Notes under the pieces: model-generated
The model's input: the letters and a program-made list of their open reading frames with translations, nothing else
What the model was told of the DNA's origin: nothing
Databases searched by the model: none
Assembly: GCA_040954595.2 (NCBI GenBank)
Contig: CM082587.2
Span: 340,617 to 404,616, forward strand
Source of the DNA: Balanoglossus misakiensis
Lineage: Eukaryota; Animalia; Hemichordata
Length of the DNA stretch: 64,000 nucleotides
Direction of reading: 5' to 3'
Position numbers and translations under genes: made by a program
In this document: positions 55,211 to 64,000 of the stretch, one piece after another
How the letters are laid out: every line of letters starts with the position of its first letter
Position numbering within the stretch: the first letter of the stretch is position 1

Positions 55211-57031
55211 TCAAGAAGACCTATTCACTTTCTTACGTCGATGAAATATCCACTCGCGAGTCACTTTCAGCGGTTCTACGTCGTTTCCACAAGATGTTTG
55301 GTCTCCGTTACATTCTCCTGTTGTCTGTGCTTGAAGAAGTGTGCCATCATTGTCGATATGTTGAGTCGGGCACCGTCGTTTCATCGTATGTTTGCAACTA
55401 ACGCTAAGTAGCTTATACCCAGACTGTAGAAGAAAGTCACCGAATAACATTTTGTACGAGTCTTTTGCGTATTTCCTTTTCCAATGCATTTCATAGTCAT
55501 AGTAATCGTCACCACAAATGTCGCTGGGTTCGGTGATTTGTGTGCTGTAATCGAGATGAAAAGTTTGAAACAGATCGTCCTTTTTTCCGCATAAAACAAT
55601 TTTGTCTAATTGTCCAACCAATTCACTTCTTACGACGATAGTTGAGCTTGGTAATACATGCGGCTTTCTCTTCGGCCACTTTGGTTCGTGGACAAACGAC
55701 CGAGATACAAGAATTGACGTCAAGTTGTAAATAGAAAAGTCTGCGGAATGTCTCCTTGGTCTTGGAGAGGCACTTCGAGTCGAGATTCTTCTTCTAACTT
55801 GGGCTCCCTTGTCTTCTGTTGTGTTCGTTATTGATAGACTGGTCGGTGAAGACTTGAATTGAGAGTGTTCGGACGATACACCACCAGCGGTGCTGTTGGA
55901 GAACAGAGTAGGATTAATTCCTGGCACTTTCAGTGTCGACCTCGTCTTGCTCGTTTCTTCTGAATCAAAACTCTCTTTGACTAAAGGAGTACAACTTTCA
56001 CCCACGTGATCCATGACATTCATCTCTGTGTCCATTTCACTATGTTCAACGGGATTGATATGAATCTGTATCACTTCTTCAGCGGGTTCAATATCGTCAT
56101 CAATTTCGGCAGATTCTGGAATATTCAAAGTTTTCCCTTTCGTTGCACTAGTAACAGAAACCCGTTTTGTGGCACATTCTTTTTCAGTAAACAATTCTGT
56201 CTTCTGTTGTTTGGGGAAATCTTCCTGTTTCCCCGTCGTTCCCTGTTTGGAAACTTCTGAATTGTCGTCTTCAAAAACTGGTGGAGGCGTGTTCTCGCGA
56301 GCGAAAACTTCGTCCCCGTCATCTTGAGTGAGCACCTTAGCAACAGATGCTGTTGGACTACGGAGGACCTTATCGACACCAATATGGCGACTGGTTGCCA
56401 TGGATCTGTAGACTTCTGGTTGAACTGAAAATCGTCGCTGTCTAGTTTGTGGACGATGAGGGAAACGGAAAGACGACGATGCTTCCAATTCTTCAGCAAT
56501 AATTTCTTCCTCTAACCCAAATGTCGATTCATGCACTGTATGTCTGCATAACGCGTCAGAAAAATTTGAAAGTTCATAAAAACCCGCTTCAGCCAGAAGA
56601 ATTTGAAAATCGCTGTACTTTTTGGGAACGATAACCTCATTTGTATTAAGATAATGGAGAATAAAGCCGAACACACTCCCATTCCTCTGTAGTGCATCGT
56701 CCGGCTGTGCGTTTTCGTTCAAACATTCGCCTATTTTCTGGTGATTTCCAAAGATCCTTCTAAAAGCCCCATCTTTAGGACTCTTCTGAATAACTTCGAG
56801 TCTTGTGGCGAATACGTGGTGACCGACTGCAGTGATTAACACATTTTCATTAGCTTCGAAATTAGACTGTATGAAATCGCTCTCAAGCGCCATGCTTATC
56901 TGTTTTTTAGGTCCAGAGCATACTCCGCCGACGAGATGCTTTAGAACATGTTCGAATGATCTCTCGACCGAATCTTCTCTTGAAGAATGCGCTGAACAAA
57001 ATGATCGTGATTTAAACAATAGGAACGGCAT
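55211..57031 (-). CDS. Intronless KCTD-type BTB/POZ (T1) domain protein with a long low-complexity linker
   Basis: 606-aa ORF. N-terminal T1-type BTB (VGHHVFATRLEVI...RNGSVFGFILHYL...ILLAEAGFYEL). The C-terminal segment (LLQSGYKLLSVS...REWIFHR) resembles the KCTD C-terminal (H1/GFRP-like) domain. Confidence 0.8.
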   Translation of the reverse strand: MPFLLFKSRSFCSAHSSREDSVERSFEHVLKHLVGGVCSGPKKQISMALESDFIQSNFEANENVLITAVGHHVFATRLEVIQKSPKDGAFRRIFGNHQKIGECLNENAQPDDALQRNGSVFGFILHYLNTNEVIVPKKYSDFQILLAEAGFYELSNFSDALCRHTVHESTFGLEEEIIAEELEASSSFRFPHRPQTRQRRFSVQPEVYRSMATSRHIGVDKVLRSPTASVAKVLTQDDGDEVFARENTPPPVFEDDNSEVSKQGTTGKQEDFPKQQKTELFTEKECATKRVSVTSATKGKTLNIPESAEIDDDIEPAEEVIQIHINPVEHSEMDTEMNVMDHVGESCTPLVKESFDSEETSKTRSTLKVPGINPTLFSNSTAGGVSSEHSQFKSSPTSLSITNTTEDKGAQVRRRISTRSASPRPRRHSADFSIYNLTSILVSRSFVHEPKWPKRKPHVLPSSTIVVRSELVGQLDKIVLCGKKDDLFQTFHLDYSTQITEPSDICGDDYYDYEMHWKRKYAKDSYKMLFGDFLLQSGYKLLSVSCKHTMKRRCPTQHIDNDGTLLQAQTTGECNGDQTSCGNDVEPLKVTREWIFHRRKKVNRSS

Positions 57032-57391
57032 ACTCGACGTATTTAAATCAAGTTCTTTTTGTTATTCTGCCTTTTTGTAATTGCCAAAAGTCTAGTATGT
57101 GTTGTAATTCTATATGAAGACACTCTACGAGATAAACTTTGATCTAGAAATGCTGGTCCACAGAAAGTGCATTGACCCCACTTGACGTATGTCGCTCGGA
57201 CGGACAAGGTTTAAAGTCATTTACATAGCACTCGGGGGAACCCATTCTTTACTTCATACTTCATCAAGTCAATAGAGTCCTCCCACTGTCTAAGACCAGG
57301 TTTGGAAGTGAAAAACAGAAAATTATTGCTTCGTGTTAAGTTTGAAAATGTTGATCATGCTAGGGAGCTTTGGCTAACAACACTAGACATC

Positions 57392-60324
57392 ATGGCTTCT
57401 ACAGCAAATAGACGTCTACTTCTCATTTCAAATTCGACGCTTCACGGTAGTGGGTACCTAGATCACTGTCAAGACAATATCAAGGCATTTCTTGGCAGGT
57501 AAAGTAACAGTTTAACAACAGAGAACGATATTATGTATCTAGGCAACCAACTGTGACATACTTAATGGAGATGAACATATGTTCTTATATATAGCTGTGG
57601 ACGCAGCTGTTCCGCCGGAGGGGGGATATCAGCATATCTCCTCCCCCCGGCGGAACAGCTGCGATGTCAGTTCATGCGTCATACATGTATTATAAAGTAT
57701 AAAGTAAAACATTTAGTTTCACTTTCGTTTCAGTCTATCTCATTTTACTTTTGTTTAATATATCGACTGGCAGACCAGAAGTTTACAGCACATTTTTTCA
57801 GATAGAGCAAAATTACACTATACGTATAAATTAATTTATAAAGATAAAAAGAGTTGAAAGACTTTGATATTTCTATTGGGCAACAAGGAACATCTGATCA
57901 TATCATTTGTATGAAGGTCAATTTTTCAAAATTATGTTGTTGTTCTTTATAGTACAGTGGAAAGGGTGCTTTTCATACCATATGCATTGACAGATCGAGA
58001 TGGCTATGCAAAAGCTGCAAGAACAAAGTTCGAATCTCAGGGTAAGTTCTATGATGATTGACTTTGACAAGAAGTCTAGGACATCTGCCCCAATTTGTGA
58101 CCTGTGACCTTTGCATCGTTTTATCTTGAGTCTGTTGCATTGATAACATGCCCCAAAACATGACAGGTAACAGTCCAGTTGTATACATTACAGATAAAGG
58201 GGACCTATGAAGTACTTTGTACTAAGTGATGTGTTTTATATCTGAAATGTGTGGGAACTCACATTTGTTCTAAACTAATGTTAACTAATGTTTAAACAAA
58301 AGTGGTGAATATCATAATATTTTGACTGGATCTCCAGACTCGGAGAAAAAAGGGCCCTTTTTGTATTTCATACGGTTGAATAAAAACCTGTGTTCAAGGC
58401 AAGGAATCATTTGTAGATATTACCATAAATGAAATTCTTCTTAGCAATCTTTATCCTTCACAAATTACATAACTTTACACACAAAATAATAGACTTAGAA
58501 GTTATCTCAGTAACTATGAGTGTTTTTCAACAGTAAGATAGATCCCTGCCAGTATTTGAAATGAATTTCATGTTAATCAATGATAATTTTACTTGATCTG
58601 CTTTTACAGGTTATAAATTGGACAGTATCCATGAGAAACCTGACGCAGTGGAGGCTGCCAGTAATGCACAGGCCATATTTGTTGGTAAGAATCATAGTCT
58701 CAAAGAAACTATTGCATTGTTCTTAGAACCACTGGCCTTTAATTCTGGGGTTAAAATCTTAAAAAATTCGTAATCGAATGATGTGCATTTTTTAGGTGGT
58801 GGTAACACATTCCGATTGTTGAAGACACTTTATGATCAGAAGTTGATTTCAGTCATCAACAAACGAGTACTACAGGTAAACAAATATTCTTTTTGTCATT
58901 AATTTCATTAACAATATCTGCTAAGGGATTCTTTTATCACTCTGCATTATGTAATTCTGGGAGAATAACATCTGCTGTTGCAAACCATAGATATGTGTGC
59001 ACCATTCTTTAACCATTTTGAATTCCAGTTATTTTTTAATAACCAAAAAGCCAAAAGTTGCAGCTTGTTTCTTTTTTTTGCAGGATGGTGTTCCATACAT
59101 AGGCTCTAGTGCTGGTACCAATGTTGCCACAGCAACTATCAATACCACCAATGATATGCCCATAGTTTACCCGCCAAGTTTTACAGCATTGCAGTTGGTG
59201 CCATTCAATATCAACCCACACTACATGGATCCAGATCCTAACAGTACACACAAGGGGGTAAGCACTCTTCTCCAAATTTGGTATTTTGTGACAAGGTGCA
59301 GGAGTTCCATTACATTTACAGTCAGGAGTGAACAAACTCAAGTGACAAGCAGAACAGAGCTAGTGACATAGCTAACTAGCACCCTCAACAAACAGTTGAG
59401 ATAATGCACAGTTGATTTACAGGTAGTCAATCTTTCCAAAGCTGATCTGTGTGATATCAGTAACAGAAAATAGTTCAAGGCTTGTCAAAAGCATGTCTCA
59501 TGATGTGTGCACTCATGACTTAATATCTTTTTATCCCTAAAGGAAACCAGACAGCAACGTATCCAAGAATTCCATGAAGAACAGGAAAGCAAACCAGTCT
59601 TGGTATGTAAAGTAAACTGTACTACCGGTAAATGGTAAACAAAATTAATCAGTCTAAGGGCTTGTAACTCTGGTCTGGTCTGAATTATTACATTCCACAA
59701 TCTACCGGTACATTGCTAACCTGGAATACTGAGGAAGATCCAGGTAATTATTTGGTCCAGTGAGGTTTTCACTGAGTTGGTTTCCAGGCTAGAGTCTGCT
59801 GAAACTGCCAAACTCAGAATCACAATCTAAGCAACATTGCTGAATTGACCATTGCCTGTGGAACCCAAGACTTCAGTTAAATCTCAATGTCTTGAAAAGA
59901 TATCTTCAGAAATGAATATAAATGATATGGACGGTGTTTCACTCAATATGATGATGTTCATTACAGGCTTTGAGGGAAGGTTGTATGTTGTTGGTAGAGG
60001 GCAACAAAGCAGTTCTGCAAGGGAGAACCAAAGCCAGACTTTTCTTGAAGTGAGTATTGATCAATCTGTCTATTTACCTGTCTATGTACATTAAAAGTTT
60101 CATCAACAGCCTATAACTGCCTAGACTATCCCTGTGTTACACATAAAACATTTAATTTGAAAGGCACCTGTTTCATTTCATGTCAGTCGGTGTATGACTG
60201 TATAACAGAAAAAGAATAACAATTATGTAATTTTATCTGATTCTTTGTAATTTTATATTTCAGAGGAAAAGAACCCACAGAGCATGACATTGGGACTGAC
60301 TTCAGTTTCCTTCTCAAGGACTAG
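57392..60324 (+). CDS. Alpha-aspartyl dipeptidase (peptidase E, family S51)
   Basis: Approximate exons: 57392-57498, 57953-58042, 58610-58684, 58796-58875, 59084-59256, 59543-59603, 59967-60049, 60264-60324. Motifs: [48 protein letters not shown]...[33 protein letters not shown]. Confidence 0.95.
57602..57663. other. GC-rich 62-bp hairpin in peptidase E intron 1
   Basis: CGCAGCTGTTCCGCCGG...CCGGCGGAACAGCTGCG is a perfect 17-bp stem, extended by GGGGG/GATAT pairing with ATATC/CCTCCCC. Confidence 0.8.
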
Positions 60325-60574
60325 ATCATTTGACTGCATTAGTTAAAAATATATGTTCAGAATTACAGATGCTACCTGCCAACATTGGATATGCCATGAC
60401 ATGTAATTGCTTGTCTGACAGTTACCTCTATGCAATTAGTGAGATCTTTTCAGGGTGTGGATTACAAGATGTGATTACTTTTCACAGAGAGATATGGACA
60501 CATTTTCATTAATTTGATAAGGGTACAGAACCTTCAATCAAGTGTTAGATATTAATTTAAACAAGTCATTGTCA

Positions 60575-60775
60575 AAAATCATGATGGTCACCAAGCAGCC
60601 ATATTGGATGTATCATGGAATAAATTGATGTGCATCTAAACCTCATCGTACATTGTCTTTGTATCCTGTGTGAATGAAATTGGTCCTGGCTTGTCAGAGT
60701 ATGGACAGACAGACAGAAGGAATGAATGACAGACAGGTGGAGGGCAAACTATTATTCCCCAGGACTTCATCGATG
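60575..60775. mobile_element. Degenerate non-autonomous repeat (GCAGCCATATTGG core plus (GACA)n tail)
   Basis: The GCAGCCATATTGG core also occurs at ~23402. It is followed by GGACAGACAGACAG and a TATTCCCC end, an architecture typical of marine-invertebrate Pearl/HINE-like elements. Heavily decayed. Confidence 0.35.
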
Positions 60776-61498
60776 TGAGCTGTGTGATGAAATCTTACAA
60801 AAGAATTTCATGTAGTCCCAATTATGACATACCCCCCTGGTACTTAAAAACTACATCTGCTTCATGATTGACAGATTGTTTTGTTGTATGTTACAGAGCT
60901 GTCGTAGTATTATATTCTTAAAGGCCACATCTGCTTCGTGATTATGCTGAATTCTGTAAATGGACAATAGAGCTTTGCTAAGGCGTTAATAGTTATTAAT
61001 GCTGACTTTGGTAACAACGATAATTTTGGATCTTAAGTGCCATCTCTTGCAGAGTAGAAAATACATCAAACGAATACTAGATAAAAAGTGAAGGTGAAGT
61101 TGTTGGTAGATCAACTTCAAGTCTGACCCTCAAGGCTAGCATGACCGCAATGATGACAACTTTAATACCAAGGGCGGAGAGTATTCATCATACTAACATA
61201 TTATTAGGCATCATGATCCAAAGCAAATTATGTAATCATTATCCATGATTTTAATAATGACGCCAACCTCCAAGCTGTCACTTTCACCTACAGGATGTTG
61301 GAAACGATAACAGAAATCATTTGTGATTAGACACACGAAGAATACGCACTTGACAGTGAAATCAACTTTGGGAAGACTTAGGTGAGACCAGACAGTATAA
61401 GTCATCTGCTCAGTTCTTGACAATTATTGTAATAATGCACCTCATCTCATGCAATAGTTTCAGGTTTTCTGTTCTTGCTTGCAGCTCAACTTTACAAA

Positions 61499-62686
61499 AT
61501 GGCAGTACATGGTAGAGTCCTCTTCATAACACTTCTACTGATATGCCAAGTGCAGGCAGTGAAGGTAAGAAGTGTCATAGTAGCTCGTCCAGTTTGAATA
61601 TAGCCTCATATCCCATAGGAACATTTGTCCAATGTTGTTGCCAGGTTTCTATCGCTTTCAGTGTACATGATCAGTTTGATGATTGTAGTTATAGACATCC
61701 AATTGCAAGCGTCCCGGTGATGGACGCTGGTTCACCCATTGTCAGAAGTATGTCCAAAAAATCCGAATAATGTTCAGTGTAACTGTTGGCTCTTCATGTT
61801 TGTCTGATGGGACATTTTGCTGTCACATTGCAGTCACTGCGGCTGTGTACGTGGGATGATCTTGCAGACTGTGAGAAGCAGCTTTCTGAATTCGTTCAAA
61901 ATCCAGAAAACTGGGACATTGAAAAAACATCTGTTTTGTACTGTGACTTTATTAAGGTAAGTCAAGGCTTTTAGTGTACGACCTATTCAGAAGAACCCTG
62001 TTTCAATATTCAATCGTACATGTATATACGTACGTATGTATACATACGCAAGCACATGCACGCACGCGCACACAGAAGAACTTACATGAAACACATTTGT
62101 GATTAAATTACAGATGCGAATGGATTGCTTGGAGAATCTGAAGTGTGATAAGAGTAATCCAGGGGAAGAGATGCCGTTGAATATCACAAAATGGATTGAA
62201 ATGGCAACGCCTCGCTTACAACAGATGATCGACTACGATTTGTGTACCCAACCAGCAGAGAGTAAGTGAACATTTAAGTGAATTCCGGGAATTGACCAAT
62301 ATGTCCTGAATGATACAAATATTTGTTTTACGTAATCCACTAAGCTACATCTCTTCTGGTCGTACATTCTAGATCCAATACCACACGATGCCTCAGATCC
62401 TTGTGATGAATACAGCGTCACTAAACTTTGCTCTGAAGCAATAAGTCACTATTTGAAGACACCGTTTTCCGTGACATGTGTGGCCATGATGAAAGCTGCT
62501 AAGTGTTTTCCAGCATTGCGTGATCCATGTGGACGAAGCCATTGGTCTATTCCTTTGGAGAATATGCCATATCATTTGATGGCCTTGAAAGGCCATTGCA
62601 GAATGTACTACGATCCGGATATATTAGAAGCACAAGAAAAATGGCGCGAAGAGAACTCAGAAGACTATTTCGCATTTTTCAATTAA
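61499..62686 (+). CDS. Secreted protein of ~215 aa with two tandem six-cysteine domains, unknown function
   Basis: Four phase-consistent exons: ~61499-61564 (signal peptide MAVHGRVLFITLLLICQVQAVK), 61834-61956, 62114-62261, 62373-62686. All have canonical GTAAG donors and YAG acceptors. Confidence 0.8.
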
Positions 62687-62949
62687 ATGTGTTACGTTTC
62701 ACGATAGTTCTTCTGTCTGTCTATACACCCAACAACGTTTTGTTGGATCATCTTAATATGGAAGCCATTTGATATAAACCTTGGGATTTTATCCACTTAT
62801 GTATTGCAATCTGAATCAAAACTTTATCCTCTCCCTGTATTATACCGAATCGTACAATGTTTCAAACTGCAGATATTTCAACTGTAGATAAGATAGACCT
62901 CTGAGACAGTACATTTGAATGTCAGACGTCCCGGAGGGCTGATAGTTTA

Positions 62950-63878
62950 CTAAGTAATCAGTGGTTTCGTTTCGTCTTCCTTGCAATGTTCTTCAAGATG
63001 TTGTCTCTTCAAACGCTTCTTGGCCAGTGGAAGGGAAACCACAGCGAAGATGAAAGACAACAGGTAAACGCCTGGATATAAGATAAGGAAGGTTTCTCTC
63101 AATCCTATCAGAGTGTTCATGGGTGGTACCAGTAGATTTAAGTTGCCTCCTATTATGTTAATTGAGAAGACGTATACTGCCAGCGTTGAAGTATGCTTGC
63201 CTCTAGGAGCCTGCTCCACCACTGTCACCATACCCAAACTACCAAATGTCTCAATGATGGCGTAATTCGGCATCAAGATGACAAAACACCACGGCGGGTC
63301 GAGGTAAAGTACGCCGACAGAAAGTGGAATTGTGACGAGCTGATGGAGATATACAGGCAAAAGAGGCAATCTTATTCACGATGAAAATATCTGTTATGGC
63401 AAAATCCAATAAATATCACATCTGAGCGAATTCTGTTTTTGCACTGTGTTACCTTGCTTTACTTTACATATTTAGTGACTAGTTGTTTAAAGTATATTTG
63501 CTTGTTTTGTTGTTGTTGTTTTGGTCGCCGTGCAGTAAATATAAACCTATTTATACTTACAACAGTCACGCAGTAAAATATCAATCTACCATAGTAACCT
63601 CTACGCTCAGCTGCTCTGTCAGAGATTGTCCCTCCTAACAGAGTTGCAATACTCCCCATGGCTAGTGGTATCCAGCTCATGAAGTGATCATACGGGTAAC
63701 CCGGGTAATAACGATGGAAATAGTTATTGATGTCGTAGTTAAAGATGTATCCACCGCCGCAACGCAGCGAGAAAGTGCATAAAAGTACAACATAGAGGGC
63801 ACTACAGAATGGCTGTTGTGGAACGTCGTCTGTTTTCGCTTGAATTTGGATGTTGTCTGACTGGGGATGGTCTGCGAT
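62950..63878 (-). CDS. Spinster-like MFS transporter, last two exons (5' part outside window)
   Basis: Exons 63561-63878 and 62950-63339. Motifs MSWIPLAMGSIATLLGGTISDR, LYLDPPWC, INIIGGNLNLLVPP, LILYPGVY are typical of the C-terminal half of SPNS/MSMEG_3705-like MFS proteins. Confidence 0.85.
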
Positions 63879-64000
63879 CTGTAGAGGGGACAAAGACACA
63901 TCAGCATCTTTGTCATCATCACTTCCACCATCACCATCACCACCACCAAACACCCGTCATTCTCTGTGTTGTTGGAAATCTCCATGTTCTTTGCTCTCCT

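Noticed and set aside
62950-63953. ORF-track N-termini for the MFS exons (MFGGGDGDGG..., MPLLPVY...)
   Set aside because: Intronic read-through upstream of the true acceptors at 63878 and 63339.

Overview
Eukaryotic, AT-rich, intron-rich animal genomic DNA; the gene content suggests a marine invertebrate, possibly a deuterostome (inference only). Bases 1-9.8 kb are a highly homogeneous 87-bp tandem satellite. At ~9.8-11.3 kb it changes into diverged subfamilies and flips orientation through a fold-back palindrome. A dense gene cluster follows immediately: EHMT1/2 (G9a/GLP H3K9 methyltransferase, -), ANAPC2 (-), PPIL3 (+), GTF2H4 (-), a secreted EGF + C-type lectin gene (+), a STRA6-like receptor (+), an intronless KCTD/BTB gene (-), peptidase E / alpha-aspartyl dipeptidase (+), a small secreted protein with two six-cysteine domains (+), and the 3' part of a spinster-like MFS transporter (-). 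Exon structures were read by hand from GT/AG sites and reading-frame continuity. The most notable observations are: repeated histone-H3K9-like ARK[S/T] and K-to-M-like ARM[S/T] motifs in EHMT, partly on a skippable in-frame exon; the palindromic satellite junction; higher-order structure in the satellite; proto-MHC-like synteny; and the orphan secreted cysteine-rich protein.
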